Positions 52,627 through 64,000 of a stretch of 64,000 nucleotides of DNA are shown here, in pieces. The position numbers and the translations under genes were made by a program. Position 1 is the stretch's first letter, and the number at the start of each line of letters is the position of its first letter. Under the pieces are notes generated by a model that saw only the letters and a program-made list of their open reading frames with translations, searched no databases and was not told the origin of the DNA. The stretch is from Lama guanicoe (taxonomy: Eukaryota), in the NCBI GenBank assembly GCA_013239625.1, contig MU054220.1:3411374-3475373 (forward strand), read 5' to 3'.

Positions 52627-55047
52627 CTTGGAGGATTAAAAACAAAGAAGGGCAAATGATTACAACCAGGAAAAAAAGGCACCCTTGGGCTTGGATGCAC
52701 CCACCAAAGTTACCTAGCATCCCCCACCCTGCTGCCCCTCAGCCTAGTTCAGCACAGCTCCCCCTCCCCCTCCCAACCACGGAGAAGCACCTACTGCCTA
52801 AATCCCTGAGCTGCTCAGGCCAGGCATCTTTGCAGAAATGGGCAAGTGTGACCAGGTCCCCCAGGTCACCTTCCTTTCACAAGAACAGCAACATTCTACC
52901 GGGACCCCAGTCCCAGTGATGGCATGTCAACCTAACTGCTCACTTCCTCTCTCTGCAGCTCAGTTTCTGCAAAGCAAAGGTTAACAACTGTTCTGTCTAC
53001 CTCCTGACCACTTGCCCACCCAGCAGGGTTGTTAAGAGGATGGCACAGGAGGACAGACGGGAAGGCACTGGGCAAAGCTCAAAGAGCCACACCTGCCAAA
53101 AGGTCCTATGATGCTCTTGGCTGCTCTGAGTTTCAGCCTTCGCGAGGCCATTTCGGAGTTGCTTGGGGCCACCTTGTGGCCTTACTGAAATCTACAACTT
53201 TAAGTCACTGCCGGGAGACTAGAGAAGGGAGGCAAGGGATGGTGACGGAAAGGACAAGTCCAGAGGGTGCAGAGCAGATCTACCTGGGCCACCAGCCCTG
53301 ACGTCCCCCTCAGCACCCCAAGGCGAGCTACCAGGGCAGACACATCCCTTCTACCTGGGAGCACCTGATGGCACACAGAGACCATCAGGCAGACTGCTGC
53401 TCGTGGCCAGTCACAAGGAGGGGCCCAGCCCTGCACACGCGGGTCTCCGCGGCGCTCTCATGGTCAAGGTTGCGAGCTGATTCCCATGGTGGGAGTAAAA
53501 AATATACAGGCTGACCCTCCTGACAGGCACACCTCCCTGCCTGTACCTGGGAGGCTGAATTCAGGATTACCCTGGAGGAGATGATGCAGGGGGTAGGGGA
53601 AATGGAGGAGAGGGCTGGGGGTGAGGAGAAGACAGATTGATCTTGCCCTGAGCTGCGTCCTGGGGTCTCACTCGGGCCAACACAGTCAGAGAGCTTAGTG
53701 CCTTGAGCCCCCCTACTTGGTGGACACCATTCTGGAAGGGCAGGGCTGGAAGGAGCTGGGCAGGCTGAGGTTATGTGCTGCCTCCCTTCCAGGGCCTCAC
53801 TCCACGGAGCCCCAGTCCAAGTGCTGTAACAGCTGGGAAAAGGAAGGCTGGCCCAGCCTGCAGTGGAGGGGTCCTGGGCCCCCTGCTCAGCCAAGATCAC
53901 ATTTGGTAGCCTCATTACCTTCGGTCTCTGGGAGACAGAGGGGTGAGCAGGACAGAATTTAGAGAAGAGACTCCCCTGGGTGCTGGTCCCCTTTTTCTCA
54001 TAATTGGGTAGCATCTTCCTGAAACTTGGGAAAACACTGATTCACAGAGAGCTGGCAGACCCAGGTTCAAGTCCTGATTCTGAATCTAGCTCTGAGACCA
54101 GCTCTGTTTTCTGGGGCTTAGCAGCCTCACCTGGACAACAAGGAAGTCAGACTACAGGGTCTCCTCCTTCCCTCCCAGTCCTAAAAAATCTGACTTTGAA
54201 TGGCCACCTGTCAGGAGCCCCAGCCAGACAGGACATTAGCAAGATCCCTGCAGCCCAGGGGCCTGGGAATGGAAGGCTGGGTCTTCGTGAGCCACCTTCC
54301 CAGGGCTAGCCTGGCTGGCTTCCTTTGAGTCCTCCAACCTTGCTGGTCCCTCAGAAGCCAGACAGCCTCCAGCTAGGATTGTGGGCTGAGGGTGGGGGGC
54401 AGGTGTGTGCAGAGGCGGAGCTGAAGGGGGTGCAGCCCCAGCATGGAAGGGCCTTGAGTGTTCCCCTTTCTAGGGAGCCCCGACAAGAACTACAGCCCCA
54501 AAGGAGCCCGTCTAGGCCAGGAGATTGCACCCCAGTGTCTGGGTCAGAGCTCGTCCTGAGACACAGAGGGGAAAAGGGAGACGAGTGCTGAGGGAGGAGA
54601 GAGGTGGAGAAGGCCACAGGGAGGGGGCCCCGTGAGCACAGAGAGAGGGATCTTAGAGCCTTAGGATGGGCAGAAAGAGGCAGCTTGGCACCGAAGAGGG
54701 GAGTGTGGAAATAACACAGAAATAAAGACACTAGGAATAGACAGACAGAGAAAGAACTAAGCTTTCGGGGCCTCGGACTTGGCTGGCTTCCTCTCACACC
54801 CCCTCCCCCTCGCCGGCTGCACGGGGCTTCCCTGGCTCCTCTCTGTTCCTGGAACGTGCCAAGCGCCTTCCTGATGCGGGGCCGCGTACATGCTGTTCTG
54901 GCCCGCGAGGCCCTCTCCTCCCCTGCGCTGCGCCCCACGCGCACCGGCCTGCTTAACTCTTACTCATCCTTCGTCTCAGTTCAACAGTCACTCCTGCAAG
55001 CCTTCCCAGCCCGGGTGGAGAGCCAGCCCACCACTCCTGCTCTCAGA

Positions 55048-55194
55048 AAGGGCAGCTACATAATTTGCAGGGCTGAATGCAGCATGCAAATCAGGCACCT
55101 TGTTCAAAAATTAGCATGGGGGGTAGGGTGTAGCTCAGTGGTTGAGTGCTTGCTTAGTATGCACGAGGTCCTGAGTTCAATCCTCAGTACCTCT

Positions 55195-55247
<53 letters not shown>

Positions 55248-55363
55248 ACCTAAAAAAAACCCTAGTAAATTAAAAAAAAAAAAACAAGTATGAGTTTCAG
55301 GAAGGCAATGGCAGAGCAGCTAGCCCAGTTTAGGGCTCTCGTGAGCTCACGAAGTCAGCCCTG
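55048..55363 (+). mobile_element. MER91A-like non-autonomous hAT element, interrupted by the SINE
   Basis: agggcagctacataatttgcaggg...ccttgttcaaaaa...gcagagca...gaagtcagccctg resembles the recalled MER91A consensus; perfect 8-bp TSD CTCTCAGA at 55040-55047 and 55364-55371. Confidence 0.8.
55118..55283 (+). mobile_element. tRNA-derived SINE, Vic-1-like (camelid), with (TAAA)n and A tail
   Basis: A box TAGCTCAGTGG, B box GAGTTCAATCC, gcttagtatgcacgaggtcctg body, (TAAA)13 at ~55197-55248. Confidence 0.8.
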
Positions 55364-55731
55364 CTCTCAGAACCTCTTGTATCTGTCCTTCGTTCCTTCT
55401 TTACAAATTTCCTTGCAATGATTTAATTAAAGGTGTTTATTCTCACAAATCTAAGGGATTTCCCAAGAGCAGGGCTGAGGTAGGTTTTACACACAACTCT
55501 GCCTTCCCGTCTCCCAGCACAATTCCTGGCACAGCATTCAGGAAATACTTTAGAATGAACGAAGGGAGAACAGTAGAGAGAACAGATGTGGGAGAAGGAG
55601 GGAAGGATGGAAAGATGGGTGGGGCAGAGAGGGACAGGAGAGAGAGACAAGGAAGGTGCAGGGGAAATCACAGTGGAGTGGGTGGGGAACAGGCAGGAGG
55701 AGGCTGGGGACGGGAGACGGACAGTACTCAC

Positions 55732-56153
55732 AGCTGGTCGAAGGGCTGTCGGTGCCATCCAGTTCTGCCCTGGGGAAGCCGTGCCCGGAGCGGGCTGTGA
55801 GCAGCGCCGACTCGATGGCCCTCTCATGGGCAGTGAGCATGATGGTGGGGGCCCGGCCCCCAGCCCCTAGGCCAGACAGGGACTGCTGCATGAAGGCCAG
55901 CTTGTCCTTGGTCCTCCGTTTCATGTCATCCCATCTGTGCTTAATGTCCTTGACGGAGCGGGGGACCTGGCTGACGGAGGTGATTTTCCGAGCTATGCCT
56001 TCCCAAATCTTGTCCCTGTCGGCATGGGACAGTCGCATGGTCTCCCTCCCAAAGAGAACCGCTTCGTGGTGGGTCACCTCCGTGACCAGAATGTCCAGCT
56101 CCTCCTTGGAGAACTTGGGCTTCCTCTTACGCTCGGCCAGGGGCGCCACGTTC
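55732..56153 (-). CDS. Intronic exon encoding a Myb/SANT-like DNA-binding domain (Myb_DNA-bind_5 / NAIF1-MYPOP-TSNARE1 type); probable alternative PRDM11 exon
   Basis: RKRKPKFSKEELDILVTEV...LFG...RDKIWEGIARKITSVS...RSVKDIKHRWDDMKRRTK matches the trihelix pattern (RxxxFsxxE..L, W..I...., R....vkkrWxDmK); cccaag acceptor (phase 2), T|gtgagt donor (phase 1). The domain call is firmer than the 5' boundary. Confidence 0.85.
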
Positions 56154-57193
56154 CTTGGGTTGAATATCCCACAAAGCACAATTGGGTAAATGACCGTCAA
56201 CGCGGTGGGCCTCCTCCTTCCTAATTGCCGGCCCCCAGCTGGGGAGCCAGGAGGCACCTGGGCGCCCTCGTCCGCTCACCATCACCACACCCTCCTCCTA
56301 CTGACAGGTCCCTTCCACTACTCCTTGGAGGGCGGGAGGAGACGCGGCGTACGCGGTGGGAGCGCTGGACGGAGCCGGACGCCTTCGGTTTCAGGCCCTG
56401 CCTCGCCTCTGCCCCACTCTCCCCATCCGGAACCACAACCACACCAACCTCGGGGGCTGTTACTAAGGAGGGAAAAGCACAGCAGTGTAAAAGCTTAAAG
56501 CCCTAAACAGGAAAAAAGGACCCTTACTGGGGTTAGGATGAGGCCACTGCCTCTATAAAGGGATATTTACATAGGGCCAGAGAGCCCAGCAGCCTGGAGG
56601 GAGACTCTTTAAACAAAGAGACTATTTAGAGTGGGCTTCCGTGGTGCGTGGCCTCGCTGGTGCCACCCGTGACTAGGGCGTGGTCACAGAAAGCTTGTTC
56701 TGTCCCGTGGCTCTCTTCCCCTTGCCAGCCTCCCAAGTCCCTACCTCTGGGTGTGTGTCCTCCGACTGGAGCCCTGGCGGGTAGCAGCTCCTTTGGGGGT
56801 GGGCTGCTGTGGCTTTTTGGCAGCTCATGAGTAGAAGAATGTGAGGGGCCCATGAGCACCCATCGGGAGACAAGTTCCACTTTGATGGAGACCAGGAATG
56901 ACCTTGGCTTCCATCTGCTCCGAGCAGCCAGGGCCCTGGGCACGGGCCCAGCACAGCCCTTACCCCTCTGACAGGGAGCCTGCTCTGGCTCCGCAGCTCA
57001 GCGTCTCCACACTGTGGTTCTGTCCACCCTTTAACTCACGCCAAAGGTCCCAAAGATTCCCACAAGAGAGAAACCTGGGGTATGGAGGGAAAACTAGAGC
57101 CCGAGTCCCTCCTCTGGCTGCTGCTGAAACCACAGCAAGAGGCCGGGGCACAAAGATCCTTCAGCCCTCACCTTCCCACCCCACCCACCCAGG

Positions 57194-57494
57194 ACACCAC
57201 AGCCCAGGAGGCAGGAGAAGGCCTCGGCTCTATTATCTGGCCAAGTCAGCGGCAGGGGCCTGGGTCTTGCACTCAGACACGCCTGGGATTAGAGGCTGAA
57301 TTTCCTGTGCAAACCCTGTTTCCACCTCTATAAACGAGAATACAGAACACCGCAGCCCAGGAGGCAGGAGAAGGCCTTGGCTCTATTATCTGGCCAAGTC
57401 AGCGGCAGGGGCCTGGGTCTTGCACTCAGACACGCCTGGGATTAGAGGCTAAATTTCCTGTGCAAACCCTGTTTCCACCTCTATAAACGAGAAT
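57194..57494. repeat. Tandem duplication, 2 x 148 bp with a 5-bp spacer
   Basis: 57194-57341 and 57347-57494 are identical except for 3 substitutions. Confidence 0.95.
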
Positions 57495-57539
57495 GATGAT
57501 TCAAGTGCCACCTCCCAGGGTTGCCAGGAGTTCATGCCG

Positions 57540-57755
57540 GACTTAATCTGGCCACTATTGGCACTGGGTGCTGGAAAATTCTTTGTTGGTGAGGGAGGAG
57601 GCATCGTGGACAATGTAGGATTTTTATCAGCATCCCGGCTTCTGCTTGATAGACACCAGTAGCATCCACTCGCAGAGTTGTGACAACCAAAAATTTCCCA
57701 AGGTGCTGCCAAATGCCTCCAGGGGACAAAAGAGCCCCTGGTTGTGGGCCACCAA
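57540..57755 (-). mobile_element. MER20-like hAT-Charlie MITE
   Basis: Reverse complement resembles recalled MER20 (tttggttgtcacaact...gatgctactgg...gggatgctgataaaaatcctacattg...acaaagaatt). Confidence 0.8.
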
Positions 57756-58364
57756 GGTCATGAACACAGAGCACCTAGCATCGCACTGCCATCAAGTCAG
57801 CACTCATCAGGTGGGTGCCCAAATTCTATTCCCAGCCAGCCACTTATGTTTTAAAGAAACTGACCAACTCCATTCAATCATCAGCAAGACTGGTAACAGT
57901 GCAAGTGAAAGTGTCTGCAAATTAGAAGGAGCTGTACAAATGGAAGCTGTACATTACAGGGGAAGGAGGGTTCCCAGGATGAAATGGCTTTCCCCTCGCT
58001 CCAACTACCACCAGAGGGGCATCTCCCTTGCAACGAACCACCCCCATCCTCTTCCTGGATTCTCTAATAAGATGCGAGTCCACCAGCTGTGACTATCCGG
58101 GGGCCGTCTTGGATGAGAACGGGGCTTGGAGCAGGAATAGGATAGATCCCAGGCCAGCAAGGCAGAGGTAGCAGAACCCACCCCATACGAGGCCCAGGAA
58201 GCCATGTTCTGCCTGGTTCCTTGTGCACAAACAGAAAGAACACTGGCCCAGACGTCCAGTGATGGTTTCCAGTCCTCATTCTGCCACTGACCGTATGATC
58301 TTGAGTAAGACATTGCCCCGCTCTGGGCCTCGATTTACCACTGTAGCATGAAGATCAGTACAGA

Positions 58365-58475
58365 GCCGTGGTTCTCAACACCAGAGGCGCATAGAATCAC
58401 TATGGAAAGCTTCAGAAATTACCAAAGCCCTGGGCTCAGTCCCAGCCCGATTAAGTCAGAATCGCTGGGGAACCA
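58365..58475. mobile_element. MER5-like fragment
   Basis: gtggttctcaac...catagaatcactatggaaagctt...gattaagtcagaatcgctgggg. Confidence 0.55.
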
Positions 58476-60332
58476 GATGATTACTCAGTTAGTACAGATG
58501 ATGAATCCCCTTCTTTGGGGCTGTGGTAAAGCCTTGTCTGCAGGCTGAAAGGCTGGAGATGGGTAGAAGAGTGGGACAGATCAGCTCTACTGGCCAAAGC
58601 CTCTGGAGCCTTGAAAGCGACAGCGCAGAAAGGAATGACCCCGACTGCACTCAAACACACCCTCCTTTGCCTAAAGCCAGCCCAGAGCCACAGGCTGAGG
58701 CCTGGGCCACGCAGCCCATCTGACCGCCTGCTGGACACCTGGTGCCCGCTTCTTGCATCTGAGCCTTTGCTCACAATGCCCTCAGATGAAATCCTGGCCC
58801 CTTTGAAGGCCCAGCTCAAAGGCCTCTGCCTGCTTCATCTGGGCCCTCGCAGCACACTGTCTATGCCTCCATCAGACAGCTGTATTAGAAAAAGCAATTT
58901 CCATGGCGGAAGGTGTGAGTCCTGGGAAAGCCAGGAGGAGAGGGCTGAGCCCATCCATCTAGGGCACCCATTACAGGCTCCGACTTGCCACAGACACTCA
59001 GTAATGGGTGGTGAATTGCTTATGCTAAACTGACCTGCACCCAGAGATGGGGGAGAAGACGACGGCAGTTAGAAGTGTCCATCCGCCTTCTTAGAGCCAC
59101 TTTCAGGTATGGCTGACCTGATGATGTGAAAGGGGGCTGGGAGAGTGGGTGCCTGCTCCTGCACCACAGGCTGGGGCCTGCCTGTCCCTCGGTACCTCCG
59201 CTTCTGAATCTAAGTAGCAATGAGAACAGCCTCCCCGACAAATAAGAGGATGAATCCTTAAGTGCTCTGGAGAGTGCAAGCTGCAGCCCGCCCATCAGCA
59301 GGCCTCAATCAGGTGGAAGCACACGTGGGCAGGGGCCCCAGCGACGGGGTCAGGAGGGCTCCCCACGGCCCCCCTACCTCAAACCAATTTCTCCTTATTT
59401 GCTTGAAAATTCTTAGGATTTAAATCCAGCAAACTCCCTCTTAGGAAGTCCCTAACTGCCCTCCCTCCAAGCACAATCTCTCCTCCACCCCCCAGCCCCA
59501 GCCCCAGCCCCAAAGGGCACAGAACCATACAAACACCGACAGAGGGACCGATCCATGGTGCAGTTGTGCCCCCTGGTCCAGCCATCCGAGGCCTCCCTTC
59601 CCTCCCAATCCAGATTCCAATCCACGTCCCGGGTCCTGAGTCCCAGAGTGAGTCCACCAAGGAGGCATGAAAGCAAGCCCGACCTCCCACACTGCCCATG
59701 GTACCCTGGCACGGGCCAGCAGCGGAGACCCAAAAGGAGAGCCCTTGGTCCTGGGCTCAGCTCAACTGCCTGTGGGCGACGCTGGGCTCTCTGGTTTGCC
59801 TTGAAGGATCAATCTCTGGCACAAACTCTTGCCCCAAACACTGGACCAGGGTAAAACCACTAAGTGATCAAAAATTGAGCTGAAGACTGTGCCGGAAGTG
59901 TCCTCTTCCATGGAGGACAGAGGCCTTTTAAACAACGGCTAGGGGCTGCACTGTGATGATTCCTGCACCACTCCAGCCAGAGTCTGCCCGTGAGACATGT
60001 CACAGTCCTGGGGCGGGGACACCCCCCACCTCCACGAGGGAACGCTGCCAGGAACCTGGGGCCTGTGGCCTCCAGACACACTGACAACTGTGTCCCTGTA
60101 ACGGAACTGACCGGTCTGGCCACTGGCCTCCTCTAGCGCCTCCTGATGGAAGCCTGGAGGAGCTAGAGGGTCAGTTCCCCAGAACGAGACACATCTGAAA
60201 CCCCGCAAAGAGCAGTCCAAGGCCTTCAGGGGCCTCCACCACTGGAGACTCTACAGCCCCAACACGCTCCCTCAGCCTCCTTTCCAGAGTTTGGGCAAGG
60301 CTCCCGGGAAATCAGCATAGAGCAGGACTCAC

Positions 60333-60400
60333 CTCATCCAGTTGGCTTTAGTCTCGTCTGAGCCATCTATGGACTTGTAGCGGTTGTTCTTGTCCACAAT
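60333..60400 (-). CDS. PRDM11: PRDM11 PR/SET-domain exon ([23 protein letters not shown])
   Basis: PRDM signature IDG..E..ANWMR; ttccag acceptor, AG|gtgagt donor; 68 nt ending in phase 2. Upstream exons lie outside the window. Confidence 0.95.
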
Positions 60401-61524
60401 CTGGAAGACAGAGAGAGAGTCTAGATGGGCTATCCTAGAGGGGGATCTGCTGCCCCTGGGCTCCTCCCTAGACCGGGGCCCAGGGCTACCACACAGAACC
60501 TTCCATGTGCCCTCCTGCTGTGACACTCCCACTGCTGCAGGACTGACACCCATGCTGCGGCAGGAGTCCCATCCCCCTTCTCTGTCTTGATGGAACACCC
60601 AGCAACATGGCCCACAAGCAGCATCTCCAACAGCATCATGTTGCAGAAACAGCAGTGAAATCCAGCCCTTCCTCTCGCTCTCTCTGGTTTCTGTGGGAGA
60701 TGGAAGCTGGCACTGGGTGAACTGGGCATATGCGACTACAGAGGGCTCCTCCTCTCCTCAGTTCCTAAATGATCACGAGCCTCAGGGCCTGGGCTGGGCC
60801 CCTTCATCTTCTGTAAAACTGTCTTTATTTCATCATCACTCTTGAATCAGAGTTCAGCTGGATATGGAATTCTACACAAATGAAGTTTATTTTTTCCTAG
60901 CACTTTGAAGACTGTCTAAAAGGCTGCCATAAGCTCTTAAACAACCTACTGTTACTCCGTTCTTTCATGGATATTCTGTTTATAATAAATTTTAAGACTT
61001 CCCCTTTATTCTAAATTTTCTGCAGTTTCACTGTGTGGTTTTGAAGTGGAGACTTACTTTTCAAAATTCTCCACATTACTAGATGAGCACATTACTTGAT
61101 GAAGACTTACATCTCTTTTTCAATTCTGGAAAATTCTAAGCTGTTATGCTTTTGAGTGCAGCTTCTCAGTTATTTTCTCCAGTCTCTTCTTGCCGAATTC
61201 CTATTAAACATATATGGGAGTAGCCCAATCTATTCTCCATATCTTTTAACTACTCCTTCATATTTTTCCCTCATCTTTCTAGGTGATGCTCTCAGAAAAT
61301 TTCTCAGAATTCTCTTCCAATTCACTAATTCTCTCTTTGACTGTGTCCAGTTCAGAGTATATCCATTTATTGAGGTTCTTCCTTTCTCTGTCTTCTTCCT
61401 TTTTTTAATGACTACTCTTCATGCAATGAATATTTTTCATTCCCAGAATTTTCAGTTGGTTCTTTTTCATACCCATCTTTTCTTATTCTGCCTCTTTTTA
61501 TTTCATAATGTTGTGTTCCTTCTT

Positions 61525-62560
61525 TTTCCGTTTAACAGCTTTACTGAAGTATAATTGACCAATAATATACCATTTGATAAGTTTTGACAAATGTATACAC
61601 TCATTACCACAATCAAGATAACAAACATAGCCATCACTCCCAAGGGCTTCTTTACACCCCCTGTAACCCCTCCCTCCTGCCTCTCTTCACGTCTCCCATC
61701 CCCAGTCCATAGGCAACCAGTGAGCTACTTTCTGTCACTTAAATTACTTTGCATTTTCCAGAATTTTATATAAATGGGATCAAATGGAAGGTATATCTCC
61801 CTTCTTTCACTCAGCACATTATTTTGAGATTTGTTCCTATGAACGTGTGTATCAGAGTTCATTTCTTTGTGTTGGTGAGCAGTATTCCATTGTTTGCATG
61901 CACTACTGTTTATTTCTTAATCTACTTATTGATAGACATTTGGGTTATGTCTAGTTTTTGGGTATTGCAAGTAAAGCTGCTAAATGACATCAGTAACAAA
62001 TCTTTGTATAGACACATGTGCTTTCATTGCTCGTGGGCAAATACCTAGTAGTGGAATTGTTGGGACACGTGGTAAGAATATGCCTAATTTTTAAGAAACT
62101 GCTAAACTGTTTTCCAAAGTGATTGCACCATTTTACATTCCCACCAGCAGTGTGTGGAATTTCCAGTTGGTCCACATCCTTGCCAATACTTGGTAAGAAC
62201 AGGCTTTTTCATTTTAGCCATTTGATAGGTATGAAGCAGTATCACACAGTGGTTTTAATTTGCATTTCTCTGATGACTAATGATATCGAGTATCATTTTA
62301 TGCACCCATTTGTCAGCTGCCTATCTTCTTTGATGAAATGTCTATTCAAATCTTTAGCTATTTTTTTTAAAGTTGTGTGGGTTTTTTCTTATTGCTGAGT
62401 ATGTTGAGTTTTTAAAAATATATTTTGGATACAAGTCTTTTATCAGACATACGACTTATAAATATTTACTCCTAGTCTGTGGTTTGTTTACTTACTCTCT
62501 TAATGGTGTCTAAGAGGGGAGGTTTTAAATTCAAACAAAAACCCACTATTTTATTTTCCT
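61525..62560 (-). mobile_element. Old L1 (L1M) 3' region; further degraded L1-like sequence at ~60820-61520
   Basis: aacagctttactgaagtataattgac...tttccaaagtgattgcaccattttacattcccaccagcagtg...gtggttttaatttgcatttctctgatgactaatgat. Confidence 0.85.
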
Positions 62561-62629
62561 TAATGGATGTTATCCTTACTTTATTTCTTTGAAGATCCTA
62601 AAGCTGTGAGTGTTATATATTATCCCTTA

Positions 62630-63050
62630 CATCCACTGTAACAGAATCCCTGGATTATAACTGAGTACTTGGCTACCTGTAATAACAGAATACATTTCTT
62701 GGCTTCTCTTCTGGCTAAGTTCTGGCCAAAAGAAGGTAGGTGGAAGTGTCAGTTGTCATCTTCCTGAAAACTTCTTTAATAGACAGCTGACATATGCCTT
62801 TTTACCATCCTGCTGCCTGAAATGTAGATGAGATGGCTGGAGCTCTAGCTATCAGTTTGAACTATGAGGCCATGATCCAAGCATTGAGCCAGTGATTAGC
62901 TGGATCAAGCTTGGCCTCTGAGGACTTGCTGAAGCAGAGCCACCTCACTAGGTTCAGAATATATTCACAGAGGAAACTTTAACTCCTGTTTCACTTGAGC
63001 CACTGTTATTTTGAATCTCAGTTACTCACAGTCAAACCTACTCCTCATAC
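62630..63050. mobile_element. MLT1-type (ERVL-MaLR) solo LTR
   Basis: ctaagttctggcca...cctgctgcctgaaatgtagatgagatggctggagctc...gccactgttattttg...gttactcacagtcaaacc. Confidence 0.65.
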
Positions 63051-64000
63051 AGACTCTAAACAGTTATTTTAAATTCATTTTCAGAATACTATTTTTATCT
63101 TAATTAGCATGAATTCATTTGTCATTGTTTTTGAAGGCTGTCTTTTTAACACTACGTTTCTTCACTAGTTTTGGAGATTTGGTCCAGAGGCTCATCTTAA
63201 GTAGAAGTCTTCCTGCCTATCTCTTGGTTTTCTCATTTTAAGCAGTGAACCTGGCTTCACACTCCACCTCACATGGGGCACTTCTGTTTCATATTGCCCT
63301 ACAGGAGCTGAAACTCATGGCCATCTCTGCCTGCTCTAGACTGGAGCACTGTGGGCCTTTGTTTTCAGTTCTGTGATCACTTTATATTTCTCCCTCCCCC
63401 TCTCTCTCTCTCTTCCTTCTCTTTTTTGGCTGTGGCTCAAAGCATGAGCTCTCGATCCACCTGGATTGGAAGCCCCTTTGCCTCCTCCACATACAACTTC
63501 TTTACCTTTAACTCTTTCTCTGGATATTCACATCTATTCCCACTCTCTCAGTTTGTTCATTCACAAATTTTTATCTCAAGCCTTAGGCATGAATATCTAA
63601 TTTCCCATGTGAAACCCATCCCCACCCCCTGGATGTCTCACTGGTGTCTCAAACTTAGCTCAGGTCCAATCCCCTCACATCTGTTCCTCTTATTTTCCCC
63701 ATTACACTCTTTGAAACCACCATCCACTCAGGTTCCAAAAAGAAAGTCATCCCTACCAAAACCCAGTAGCTGCACACTTCAAATGAATGAACCGTACACT
63801 ATGTGAATTACAGCTCCCTAAACCTATTTTTAAAAAAAAAGGAAAAGAAAAGAAAGCCATCCTTCATTTCTCCCTCTCTCCATCCCCCCATGTCTAATCC
63901 CTCAGCAAGTTCTCCAAACCACATTTTGAAACTGCCCCTCTCCGCTCCTTCCTGCTTCCATTCTGATCTGAGCCGTGACCAGCTCTCCTTCGGACACCTA

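Noticed and set aside
53385..54944. ~200-aa minus-strand ORFs between the Myb-cassette exons
   Set aside because: No recognisable motifs, and the two exons already join in frame; an extra small exon cannot be excluded.
55118..55195. tRNA gene
   Set aside because: Has A and B boxes, but the acceptor stem is not clearly intact and a TAAA/A tail follows; a SINE.
55550..55731. C-terminal extension of the Myb ORF (EYCPSPVPSLLL...)
   Set aside because: Follows a consensus gtgagt donor and translates low-complexity pyrimidine-rich intron.
1..64000. CRISPR arrays, rRNA or prokaryotic systems
   Set aside because: Spliced mammalian locus; no repeat-spacer arrays or rRNA-like sequence seen.

Overview
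Mammalian genomic DNA, probably camelid (inferred from a Vic-1-like tRNA SINE), holding the convergent 3' halves of two genes. On +: SYT13 (synaptotagmin-13) coding exons 2-6 (13188-24670); exon 1 lies upstream of the window. On -: PRDM11, from a mid-PR/SET-domain exon (60333-60400) to a 2.2 kb terminal coding exon that encodes a domesticated hAT (ZNF862-like) transposase, followed by a ~6.7 kb 3' UTR. Main observation: the 15 kb intron that splits the PR domain contains two further exons (55732-56153 and 52061-52626). They encode a Harbinger-type Myb/SANT domain, a coiled coil and an NLS, have their own poly(A) signal, have no ATG ahead of the domain, and splice in frame to the upstream PRDM11 exon. 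The locus therefore appears to offer three alternative 3' ends: half-PR + Myb/SANT, full PR alone, and full PR + hAT transposase. SYT13 exon 4 appears 12 nt shorter than the human exon as I recall it. The rest is ordinary intronic or intergenic sequence with MIR, L1, L2, MLT1 and MER repeats. All calls come from reading the sequence and recalling family motifs; no searches were run, and repeat boundaries are approximate.
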